The notes under the pieces are model-generated. The model ran no database searches, was not told the DNA's origin, and saw only the letters and a program-made list of their open reading frames with translations. Positions 25,917 to 38,116 of a DNA stretch of 64,000 nt are shown here, in pieces. Source of the DNA: Microthyrium microscopicum. Lineage: Eukaryota. The stretch spans positions 1,143,275 through 1,207,274 of the forward strand of contig MU004234.1 of assembly GCA_010405405.1 (NCBI GenBank), read 5' to 3'. The number at the start of each line of letters is the position of its first letter. Positions within the stretch are counted from its first letter, which is position 1. The position numbers and the translations under genes are program-made.

Positions 25917-28618
25917 GTTATAAATACTATATATTTCAATAATAATTACCTAATAAATAATTCTTAAAATAATAGTGCTATTAGATTTATTACTTTTCTA
26001 TATCTTATAAAATTTTTACGCGCTTTTAATAAGAATTATAATATTAGCTATATAGAACAATACTAATTTAGGATATATCTTAAGATAGTTTTTTTAGCTA
26101 GGTTATAGCTAATTTTACTATAATAGATATTTTTTAAATCTAAAAAAGGAAGCATAAATAGTAAGTAATAAATTATATATAGTATTAGTTTAATAAATAT
26201 TTATTATATTTTAAATAATTAATATTAAGTTAAAATTACTTAGGTTAAAAGATATTATTATTATGCTTTACTAAGATTTTACGTTTATAGGCTAAATTTA
26301 TAACTATAATGCGTCCTAGCTCTTTATATTAGAAAGATAAATTACTAAATCTACTACTACTTTTATAATACTAAACTAAAAATAATTTTATAATAAAGCT
26401 TATATATTAGTAAGAAGAGATACTTCTAGAGAGTATAATTTTATACTTATCTACTAATCTAAAGATACTTTACTATACTATAGAAAGAATATTTAAACTA
26501 CTTAAAAAAGATTAAATTTAATACTAATTCCTTAATCTCTAAGGCTCTAAATTAAAGCGTACTATAAATAACTAAAGGCTAAATAATATTTAAGATAAAG
26601 CACTATATAATTACTTTCTTAAACTCTCTAAAATTAGTATTCCTCTATAATTTAAATACTTTTAAGATACTACTAATAATATTCTTTACTATAGTATATT
26701 ACTAAATACTTTAAATCCTTTTTCTATAGGCTAAAAGTAGCCTAGACGCTTTATAAAACTATACTTATAGTTTAAGATTATAAAGTAAGAATCTTTTAAG
26801 GTTACTTATTAAAAGGCTATAAACTATAGTAATATTAAAGCTTTTATATAGAAATATAAATAGACTATTAATTAATATAAAATATAGCTTATAGATACTT
26901 AGAATATAAATAAAATAGGTATTAAAATAGGTATTAGTAAAGATTAGTAGGTAATAGTTCCTATAGGTAAAGAATATAGTTATTTTAACTACTATATTTA
27001 GAGCTTTAGAGAGAAGAAGAATATTACTATTATAGAGAGCGTATTTATAGTTAAATATATAATTAGTCTTATAATTATTACTAAAGGCTAGATAATCTAA
27101 GAGTAGTAGTTTTATAAAGTTAAAGATAAAAATCTAGCTATTAGTAAGAAGCTTTTTTATTTATATTAATAACTTACTAATTTTATACTATAAAAATATT
27201 AAAATTAGGTTATTTAAATAATATTCTTAGATTCTTATAGATATAATATTTTAATTAATTATTAGCTTAAACTTAGTAAGGAGAGTATAGATTACTACTC
27301 CTTAATAGCTATAAGAGCTATTTAATATATTTCTTTACCCTCTTTTATAACGCGCGTAAGATTATAATTCTTTAACTACTACTATATACTATATACTTCT
27401 TATAATCTCTAAATATTATAATCTTTTAGTAATAAAAGCATTTTTATACTAAATACCTTAATAAAGCTCTATAAGCTAGATTAAGTAAATTTAATAAGTA
27501 AACCTTCTTTATTACTATTAAATCTATAAGACGTAAAGTTATAAAGCTAAATTCTATTAAATCTAGCTTTAAGTATTATAGTTTTTAGCCTTTTAAACTA
27601 TTAGAGATACTATAATATTTACTTATAGATCTACTAAATCTTTATATTTTATAAGACTAGAATAATATTAAAGAAAGTAAAGATAAAGAGAAATTATCTA
27701 CTAAATAGCATACTCTTTTAAATCTATAAAAACTTTATTAGTAATTATCTTAAGTACTTAACTACCTAAGATCCTCTCCTATACTACTAAATATACTAAT
27801 ATATATATACTAAAGATTAAACTTCTAAGCTCTATAGTAAAGAATCCTTATATAGAATAATCTTTATTTAATCTTCTTAGAGTTTTATTATAACTCTTAT
27901 CTTACCTATATATATTAGAATAGATGTAACTAAGCTTAGGTTAACTTTGTTTAATAGAGAAGTATAGTTTATACTAATAATATTTCTTCTTTTTATAATA
28001 TTAATACTTTAGAGCCTATTTTAGTTAAATAATAGGCTTAGAATAATAATCTATATTAAAAAATATAGAGATTACTACTATATTACTTAGTAATTCTATA
28101 GCTACTTTAAATAATACTTAGTAAGTACTTATAACTTACCTATAAAGTAAACTAGCTTTAAAATAAAGCTAAATGTAAAGAAATTAATAAGTTAAAGTAG
28201 TATAATACTATAATTAAGAACTAGAAGTAAGAAGTTAAAGAGGTTACTTATGCATATATACTTCTATAAGTAGTAGAATATATAAGTCTATAGTTATAAT
28301 TTAGAATAGATATAAATATACTTCTTACTAATTTATAAGCTATATTTAATAAGAATATAGATTAAGAGATAATATACTATATACTACTATATTTTTATTT
28401 TAGACTAGATAATAATAAGTTATAAGAGTAAATTTAAAGAATTACTACCTTAGAATTAATCTTAATCTTAATTTTATTACTATATTATAAATTTCTTAAA
28501 CCTTAATATTTTTCTTTTAAAATAAAATATATAATAGATATAATACGTTTTAAATACCTTCTAAATTTTTATTAAATAATATTACGTAGTTATTAGATAG
28601 CTATAGTGTAGATAAAAT

Positions 28619-28688
28619 ATGTAGCGTTTAGCTATCCGTAGCGTTTAGGCGTCCCCCACCGCCTATGGCGGTGGGTGTTGTCCACGGA
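28619..28688 (-). repeat. Right terminal inverted repeat
   Basis: Matches the left TIR at 68 of 70 positions. Confidence 0.95.
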
Positions 28689-29491
28689 TAGCTTCAACGG
28701 CCATTACCCCGAACTCTCTGAAAATCGATGGCTCATTGGCCGGTTTTGGCCAATAAGGCTGAAAATGATCTGCGCACAGCATTTGATGATTCCTCATCAC
28801 TTCTGATATCGAGACACAAGAGACTTACAGTATTGCTGGGGCTCTGTGGTTGATCTGCCGCTTCGTCAGAAGTATCAAATAGCTCAGCATCTACAATACC
28901 AGGTATTACCTACAGGCTACAGCACTGTCAAAACTTCAGGGCGCAATATCCTTAGAAATACTCTTTTGAAGAAGATCTCATGAGAATAGTATGGTACAAT
29001 ACCAGAAACAAATCAAACTTATACGCTTGGAACCGGAATTAAGCAAGCATAAAAAGTTTCACGCGAGTTCAAGTGCGCAAGAAATGTTAGCCGCACTTGG
29101 CTGATCACTTATGTCTTCTTCTTCTATTTTGTGACAGAAGATATCTCAACTTTATGTTCTCGTTTGGCATATTTTTGTCGGCCTATCAACAAACAGAAAA
29201 ATGAGAGAGATTTTAACCAAAGTTACTCTGGTTGAAAGCTGAACTCTGGATGCTGTAATTGATCATCGTGTTAGGTTTCAAATAAGCACAGGCCTGGCAA
29301 TATTGCATATTAAGCTGCTATAGTTCTTCATCATTGGGAACCAGCTATTATACCATTCTATTACTGCGAATGTTATATCTCCTATCACGGAATAACATTT
29401 CTTGCCAACTTCTACTGGGGGAAAGGCAGAACGATCCTGTTTTACACAGTTGTCTTGTTATTCCCAGCGTCCTAATTTTCCTTGGAACGAA

Positions 29492-30351
29492 ATGCACAGT
29501 CTGTGGCTACTATCAACTTTTCTGCTGACCGTCTGGTCCCAACAAACGCAGACATGGCATACATTACTTGGAGAAGAATCTTTCAGTTCACAGAACGAGT
29601 TTGAAAAATCATGGGCGTATCTGTACCCATGGGGATCAGACCACAATGGCGCCGCTCGCATGGATAAAGCTCATGTCCATCTCGCCAACGGAGTAGTCAC
29701 TATAACTGCGCAAAAGATCTCCGGACAACCAGATGCTAAGCACGGCGGCAAAAACATCAAAATCAACTACTTATCAGGAGCAATTCATGCAAAACAACAC
29801 TTCAAAGTTTCGGCAAGTGGTGGACTAGACTTCATTGGCGAGTTCAAAGCTCCGGTTGCGCGAGGTACTTGGCCTGCTTTTTGGCTAACAGCAGACTCCG
29901 GATGGCCTCCGGAGGTTGATTTGGCAGAGTGGAAAGGGAGCGGCAAGATCAGCTTCAATACCTTCAACACAAGTAAGATTGTCAGTGCAAAGGATGTCGG
30001 CTATCCTAGTCCTGGAGAATGGCACAAGTTTAAAACTGAACTTCGAGCAATGAACAACAAAAAGGACGTCGAAATCAAGTTCTATATGGACTCGAAATTG
30101 GTTACCACTCAACATGCAAGCGGTTATGTTGGTAAGGGAATGTGGTTGTAAGTATCTCCCGATTTCAGTTCTTTTTCGACGTACTAACAAATGTATAAGG
30201 ATAATAAATCTTCAGATGGAAGGCTCTTCTGGCTCGCCCGGTCCCGGTGGTAGTAAGTGCTATTACTTTGACACGAATGATGAAGCTAACGGCCTCGTAA
30301 GACACCACCTACTCGGCGCGACATGTTCAGGTTTCAAGTTATGGTCAATAA
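29492..30351 (+). CDS. Secreted GH16 glycoside hydrolase (endo-beta-1,3-galactanase-like)
   Basis: Signal peptide MHSLWLLSTFLLTVWS, WPAFWL and catalytic EVDLAE. Introns 30148-30199 and 30253-30301. The subfamily is inferred from the YPWGSDHNG motif. Confidence 0.9.
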
Positions 30352-30524
30352 TAACTTAGGCTGTGACTTCTTTACGAACTTTGCATTGACCTGCTGAAGG
30401 AGGTTCAAGAACTACTTCAAATGGCAACTTCATGTCTTGGTTGGGACAAGGCTTTTATTCATTAAACTCGGTCCATATATCTGATTGAAACCATGAACTT
30501 AAATAGCATACATTTGTATGCCAA

Positions 30525-32376
30525 TCATGATTGGAGACCAACATATTTTCCAGGGGCGGGAAAGCCGCCAATCAACTCGTTCTTACCAAATCTCTCAATC
30601 AATACACTTACCTGTGCCGGCGTTACATTGTCCGTAATCGGCGCTGTATCAGTGGCTTTGACTGCTGGTGGGGAGCTGACTTTGCAAAGTCTTCCATTTT
30701 GAACTGACATATAGTCAGCCTTAACTCCTGGCGATACCCAGAAAAGATGATCGGGATCATATTTGGTCTTGATGTCTACGAGCTTCTTGTAGTTTGAGCC
30801 CCAAAAGGCCTCCTGCCAGTTTGGCTCAATGTTTGTCGCCTATTTCAGAGATGATCAGCTCTTGAGTTTTTAAAATAGTGGTTCAACGACTTACCTCGTT
30901 ACCATAAGCGCCCATTTCAGGGGCAACAGTTCGGACTGTGCTCGGCAGCCCCATTCCAACATAATGTACAACGGCCTTGCGCCATGAAGGATTAACTGAT
31001 GTTTCTTCGATGTCGCCCACACCTGGACGTGGAGCGGCCATGATCATGATCCAGCTGTTTCCTTGCTTCGATAACTGCTCCATGAGTTTGGGACTCTTGA
31101 GATGATCCGCACCAAGAAGATGGGTATCCATTGCGGCCAGTCCATAGTTTTTGGGCATTGATCCAGCAGCTCCAGGTCCATGACGCTTGAACAAGTCTCG
31201 CTTCACCTTCTTCATCATTTCATCTTCCATACCGAAAGTGGTATCATAGAATTCCTTGAAATTCTTAAAGTTATATGGCCGTGTTTGGAATTTTGTCATT
31301 CCTGGGAGGGTTTCCAATTTGTCGAGAACAGGTTTCCAGGCAGCGTTTGCTTTCACAGTACCAGATTCGTTTCCATAATGCATGGTGAATCCACGAAGAG
31401 CATGACCAGCAACAGCATATGTTGGGCCACCTATACCCTTGTTATGTAGTTCTGGCAGTTGCGAGAGTACGTAGGCCGTAGCAGCCTCGAATTGCTTTTT
31501 GCCCTCTGGAGTAGTTGGTGCTGTGGCATTGATCCACCAGTTGAATCCAGTGATAGGAGCATCAGGGTATACTTTCATGGTGGCTTCAACTACAACACCA
31601 AATGTGCCGCCTCCACCTCCACGAATGGCCCAAAAGAGATCTGGGTTCACTAATTTATTGGCGATCTTGAGACCTTCGGCAGTCACTACTTTGGCTTCGA
31701 GCCACTGGTCAACGCCGAGACCGAAGAGATGAGTGAATGCGCCGTGACCACCAAATTGTCCCCATCCTAGCAAGAGTCAGTCAAATATCACGAACCAAGC
31801 TTAGGAGCAAGACTTACCTCCTGCAACACTGACTTCACCATGACCAGCAGTCATTGGAAAAAGCTTTGAGGGATGAAGAGCATTATACAATGTGTCCGCG
31901 GTTGTACCAGCGCCGAATGTTACAGCAGCTTGAATGCCATCCTTTGGGACAATAACATTCGCCTTCTGGCCGAGAACACTCGCTTCACCTTGAGTGGTTG
32001 GAGTAAAAGACTCGTGCACTTTGATTCCCTTCAGAAGAGAAAGATCAATCAGAAGTCCAGAAGCCGCAGTGCTTCTGGCCAAAGCATCGTGACCTGAGGT
32101 AATTATAGACAGCCGAACATTGCTGTCTTTGGCGAACTTGATGGCTTTTTCAACATCGCTGGCACTTTTGACCTGTATTCTATAGTCAGGTCCGACATTG
32201 ACTGTATTGTTGTTCTTGATCACGGTTGGGAGGGCGGACTTCCAGGCTTCCGCAGAGGGAAAGTCCTCGTCGGTCGAGAGTCTCAAACATCCTTTGGGCG
32301 CTTTGGAAGATTCTAATGGAGAAGCTGCTCCAAGCAGAACCTGAATTGTCAGGACTGAAACGACAAAACACAACAT
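30525..32376 (-). CDS. Secreted BBE-like (VAO family) FAD-linked oxidoreductase
   Basis: Signal peptide, SGHD flavinylation motif, DLFWAIRGGGGGTFGVV, YGNE...FWGSNY..L..IKTKYDP BBE domain. Introns 31817-31767 and 30894-30840. Confidence 0.92.
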
Positions 32377-33456
32377 TTCTGCTATGCCAATATGGTTTAG
32401 GTTGAAAGACTTGGAACTTCGCAAGAACTTCTTATAAGTCCTTCTCCTTACTATAGCTAAGAACAGCGCTCCTCTTTCCATTCCCTTCTAGTCTTCACAT
32501 GAAATGAGCTCGTTTTGGTGTATGTAAATTAACCAAAGCAAAGTCCATTCTTTACAGTTTCCAGTTATTACCAAACGGTTTCCATCACAGTTCGAGAAGG
32601 CAGACCGAAGCACATAACATTTAGACGCTGTTTCATGATCCCGTAACAATAAAAATATTTAATCTTCTAGTACGAAATCTTACGGTAAGTCACCGTAGCT
32701 TGGCCTCTCAATCAACAACCTAGCAGGAATTATTCAAGCTCAGGGTGTTAAAGGCTCTTTTCATTGGCACTGTGTAAACTGTCAAGTAGCTGAACACATA
32801 AACATTTGATTGCTTAAAAGTTAACACTAGATGATAATCCGGGGAAGCAAAAGCAACGTATCAGGCGCTTTCTAATATCTGTAGTAGGGTTCTCAAAGTA
32901 GTCGAACTGGTCCTAAGGTATTGCATTTCAGGAACTTAAAGCAGTTTAATATATGAAGACCCATCGAGTGAGCGTTTTACGGTGTCCTGGAACAAGGCTA
33001 AAGTGACTAACCTGCATGGTTTATTTTATACCTCTAGTTCATGCCAATTGCCTCCAGAAAACGAATTTCCAATCCATACACTCTCACGCTCTCATTCCAC
33101 GGTGCCTGGTTACCCCACACACCGTTGAAGGGGATCAAGATCTAGGTACCGATGGCAATCCTTGTACGAGCATCCGGGCAATTCCTTGTACCATCAGCGG
33201 ATATGGAGGCCATCTGAAGGTCTGAATTTATAGTACTGGAGACTACAGTGTTTCAAGCCTGGGTATTCGTAGCTCTTGAATGATTCTTGCACGTCCAGAA
33301 CCAGAAAGAAGGGCGGGCCAGGTATTTTCAATAAGGTAAACTTTCGTATCGCAAACCCAGAACATGATCGTTTCATACAAGACCCTGAATTGTTGAAGTA
33401 TATCAACTTCGTGAGCTGCACTACCACTTGTTGCACCTATCCAAGACTTTGTAAAA

Positions 33457-34800
33457 ATGAAGGTTTCTGTACTCTTAACGATCTCGGCTTCGGCCAGTGC
33501 GGCGAGCGTTGGGGTTCCTCAAAACCGCCAAAAAGCTGTTCTTCGTAAGAAACCCGATCCACTACGAGGAAAGAGTTGCTGAAGTTCATTAGATCGTCGA
33601 CAACAGCTCGATGACCAGCTAGGCTATCTCACGGCCGCTGCTCCACTACTGAAGGAGATGAAGCCCTCCAAGATTGTAAATCTTCAAGCAAAGTCCGCCT
33701 TCCCAGGAGCCAAAAGGATCAAAGTGTACTATGGCCCATTCCATGTCCCTGGACAGAATGTCAGTAATCATGTCGCCTTGCAAATTTATGACACTGACTT
33801 TGTTAGGCTCCAAAGCTACCAAAGGAAGCAAATCCCATGTCCTTAGACCCCAACAGTTTCGCATGGAATAATTGGATATCTGGATTTCCCCTTGATGCGA
33901 CATATCTGGAGCAGTCAACTGGACTTGAACTCGAAAATGGAAGCATTGCGACTCTGGAAACTGGAATCTACAACCATCATTTGGCATACGTCAGCAGTAA
34001 GAAATTCTCTCCAGATTTTGCTCAGTGTGCTGGGCAACCAGCAAAGAAAACTAGGACTCCATCGACATTTGCTGGCGCAACACAAGAAAAGGGTGATGCC
34101 ATATTCTCTACCCCGGATCTGAAGTTCAAGAGCGGATTTTATATGGGGGCAGATGACAAGATTGTCGCCACAGGCGAACTCGTCAATTATGCCAACGATA
34201 CCGTTTCTGTTTTCGCTGTGACTGAGACCGAATATCTTCCAGGAAAGCCAGAAGGATTCAAAGACGTGGTCACCGAGGTCTTTTCGGTAAACCAGTGCGA
34301 TGGAGGTAACCTTGCATTACGCCCACCACCAGGTCAATTGAAGTACTCGCTGAAGAGCCAGAACATGACCATTCTTCATGACGGTTATGTGCTTGGCCGA
34401 CGGGCACATCTCCACGATGGTGGCGAGGGTCTCGAGTTTTGGGTCAATGATAAGCTTATCTGCGACAGCAAAGCTATCTATGGAGGTCCAACCGGTACGC
34501 GAAAGAGCGCAGACGGTAAAGTTTGGGAGACTATGAGTGGTGTGAAGGAGTGTGTAGACCCAGTTCAAGTCAAGAAGGGCGACAGCGTTCGGCTAGAGGC
34601 GTTTTATGACTTGATCAAGCACCCTGCGTAAGTTGGCAACGACACCCATAATACCTATTCCTTTATCCACTGACCAACTTGATAGCCGAACTCATGCAGG
34701 AGCAAAAGAAGGAGGAATGAGCCATGGCAAAGAAGGTGGGGGACATGGAGACAATATGGCTGAAGAAATGGCGATTATGAGTTTCAGTTTTGCCTTTTAG
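33457..34800 (+). CDS. Secreted protein with PHM/SURNod19-like copper-monooxygenase motifs
   Basis: Introns 33545-33592, 33760-33806 and 34628-34685 give MKVSVLLTISASASA...HRR|QQ...YNHH...AHLHDGG...HPARTH...EEMAIMSFSFAF*. The gene model is solid; the function is inferred. Confidence 0.8.
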
Positions 34801-35025
34801 TTTTAAAGCATTCTTCGTAAGATTTGAAGTGTTCAAAGTGAATACCGGTATATCTGCAACTTGAAGCGCGTCTCTACTGCGCGTCGAGGATCACTTCTTC
34901 GTATCAGTGGCGTAGGTGGCTTAAGAAACACGAGCCCCCACCGATAGAGCTTCGTTTGAATCGTTTCAGGCACTTGCAAGATCCAACGTTAAAGAAACAG
35001 TTGACAAGAATTGATTCTATCGGAC

Positions 35026-37665
35026 ATGGAGCGACCACCGTCGTTCGAAGTGCCGCCAGCCTATAATGACGCAACGGCTGCGCTTGACATCCATGAAGAT
35101 GGTCTGCACGCTCAGTCTCAGGCCACAGGTCTGTCTAACCCAGCCACATGTGTTACAATTCAGAGATGCAATATTGACCATATGTAGACGATGGGCGTCT
35201 TGATATAACTATCAGCGAGACAGATGCAAAGCTTGCGCAGCAAATACATCAGATTCATCTCGATGCTCAGCCAGAAAGCTTTGAACATTTTGCACAGCCA
35301 TTACGGAGACCAGGCCATAGCATGAATCCACCACCACTCAACATTGTCATTCAGGTTGTTGGATCAAGAGGAGATGTCCAACCATTTGTAGCCCTTGGAC
35401 AGGAGCTTAAGAACAAATTCGGCCACCGCATACGACTTGCGACTCACGGTACATTTAAGAAATTTGTGGAAGAGAATGGCCTCGAATTTTTCGAAATTGG
35501 CGGCGATCCGGCAGAGCTTATGGCGTTTATGGTGAAGAATCCAGGTCTCATTCCAGGGATCAAATCTATAAAAGATGGAGATGTAGGTCAGAGAAGAAAG
35601 GGTATTGCAGAGATCCTTCAAGGCTGTTGGAAGTCCTGTGCCGATGCTGGTGAGATCAACGAAGAGGAAGAAGACGTCCATAATCGATTAAAACCTTTTG
35701 TTGCGCATGCTATCATTGCAAACCCGCCGAGTTTTGCACATATTCACTGCGCCCAGAAACTAGGCATTCCACTACATTTGATGTTCACGTAAGTTGATGC
35801 TACACGAATCGTTTACATGCAGGTAATGATGGAACTGGCACAATCTCATTAGTGCAACACGGGCCTTTGAACAATCTTAAACTATTAGTTTATTCGAGGA
35901 TCCTCGAAATTTGTTGAGCGCTCCTGATGACGAAGAGACTCGTTTTTTTATATCTCGAAGTCCTAGAGGAAGTGCCAGTTATCATCCCCTGCTTCTGTGC
36001 ACATGAAGGCGACTATCACGATGGAACTTAATACTAACTACTCATAGAATGCCATGGTCTCCTACACAAAGCTTCCCACACCCTCTTGCAAACATCAAGT
36101 CATCTAAGACGAGTGGAAGTGTAGCCAACGAAATGACCTATTCACTGGTAGAGATGATGACGTGGGAAGGACTCGGTGATATCATCAACAAGTTTAGAAA
36201 AGAGACTCTTGACCTTGGTGAATTGTCTCAAGCATCTGCAACTAGCATGATTCATCGGCTTCGGATACCGTATACATATTGCTGGTAAGTTTTCACTATC
36301 GTTCCGCCCGAATCCGTCTAAAGTCATAATTCTAGGTCTCCAGCATTGATCCCAAAGCCACAAGATTGGGGCGCACACATCACAATCTCTGGTTTTTATT
36401 TTCTCTCGCTGGCGTCAAACTATCAACCAGATCCCGGTCTTGCCGAGTTTCTCGCAGCTGGTCCCGCCCCATTATATATTGGCTTTGGCTCCATCGTTGT
36501 TGACGATCCGAATGCAATGACAAATATGATATTCGAAGCCGTGAAGAAAACTGGACAACGGGCTTTGGTTTCCAAGGGCTGGGGTGGCCTTGGTGGTGAT
36601 GAGCTTGAGAAGCCAGAGGGTGTGTTTATGCTGGGCAACTGTCCTCACGACTGGCTCTTCAAACGAGTTTCCTGCGTTGTTCATCACGGCGGAGCAGGCA
36701 CAACTGCGGCAGGTATTGCACTCGGCCGCCCAACAGTTGTGGTTCCATTTTTTGGAGACCAGCCGTTTTGGGGAGCGATGGTAGCACGTGCAGGAGCTGG
36801 TCCTTTGCCTATACCATACAAGCAGCTTACGGCAGATAAGCTTTCTGATGCCATCCTCGAGGCACTCAAGCCAGAATCACTCGAAATGGCGAAAGAGCTC
36901 GGAGATCGGATCCGTGAAGAGAAAGGCTGTGAAGCTGGTGCCATAAGCTTCCATGAGCAGATGAACGTCGAGAGTCTCCGCTGTATGATGTCGCCTCACA
37001 AACCGGCAGTTTGGCGAGTGAAGACTGTTGGAGACAGGACGGAGGATATCAGACTGAGTGCGTTTGCAGCAACTGCTTTGGGCAATGAGGGCATGCTAGA
37101 TATCAACCAGCTCCGATTATACCGGCCCTGCGAATATCCTGTGGAGCATCTTGTGTTAGGCTCAACCTTGGGTGGCGCCAATCCGATACTAGGAACCGTA
37201 GGCTCTCTGGCGTATGGCATATCGCATTTTCCTGTGGTTATGGCCAAAAAGTTTGGAGGTGTGGTCTACGAGCCATACAAAGGAGCCCGAAAAGAAGGCT
37301 GGAAAGGCTTTGGAAAGGGTCTGGGAAGAGGACTTGGCCACTTCTTTTTCCATCGGCGAGGAATAATTGTGAATGGCAAACATTATGGAGCGCGGGCTAT
37401 CTACAATGCTATCAAGAAGCGTCTGGGTGACGATTCCTTGAGTTTCATTCTAGCCACGCACTTTTCGCAAGGATATGAAGAGGTCAAAAAGTCGACTGAT
37501 GAGGAATATCAGGAAGTTTTGAATAACTGGCGCAAGATGTCACCGGACCTAAAACCAGGAAAAGGAGATGGATCAAGCTCCCACTCGTCCGTCAATTTAA
37601 CACAGCCAGGCCAGTTGAGCGGAATGATTTCTCACGCAAGCAATGCAAGCAACAGCACTGCCTAA
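35026..37665 (+). CDS. GT1 sterol 3-beta-glucosyltransferase-like protein (no PH/GRAM domains)
   Basis: LNIVIQVVGSRGDVQPF, IIANPPSFAHIHCA, YIGFGSIV, VVHHGGAGTT and PFFGDQPFWG motifs. Introns 35129-35187, 35789-36047 and 36285-36335. Confidence 0.93.
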
Positions 37666-38116
37666 AGGCACCTAAAACCTTTTGTGGTAGCTTCAACTAG
37701 AGGAAAAACATAAGTTTTCACCGGCAGCTTCAGTTGAAGCCTGTTGTCTCTACTGACATCAGAATTGGTTCTTTTAGAAGAGACCTCCACTTCTTACCTC
37801 TGTTACCAAAGGCTCAGACAAAGTCGAACAGCTCCAGAATTTAATTGGAACACGACGATCCGTACTGAATGCAAGAACCCTTAGGACCAAATCTACAAAC
37901 TGGTGGTCTATTAACACGTAAAGCCCTTACGCCCAAATTCTTAATGCAGTCTAACACCGAGGTGTGTACTCTTTATTAGCAATGGCATATAGACACGATT
38001 AATTTCTCCATATTAACGCTCTAATTGGACTACAGTTCTTGCGAACGCGACATCGTCTAGCCACTGCATCAAATGTTGTCCAAAAGCTCCAAGTTTTTTA
38101 TTGAGTTTGTGAAAAT

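Larger units (their letters stand above)
25847..28688 (+). mobile_element. Full-length RIP-inactivated Tc1/mariner-superfamily Fot1/pogo transposon (DD35D)
   Basis: 70-bp TIRs at 25847-25916 and 28619-28688 (2 transition mismatches), TA on both sides. De-RIP motifs: DTWNMDETG (26894-26920), YRLLLLDGH.SH (27286-27321), LPPHTTHFLQPLD (27376-27414). 35 codons between the 2nd and 3rd Asp. Confidence 0.93.

Noticed and set aside
35905..35960. Hammerhead ribozyme (CTGATGA with nearby GAAA/CGAA)
   Set aside because: Stems I-III cannot be built around the core in any permutation I tried.
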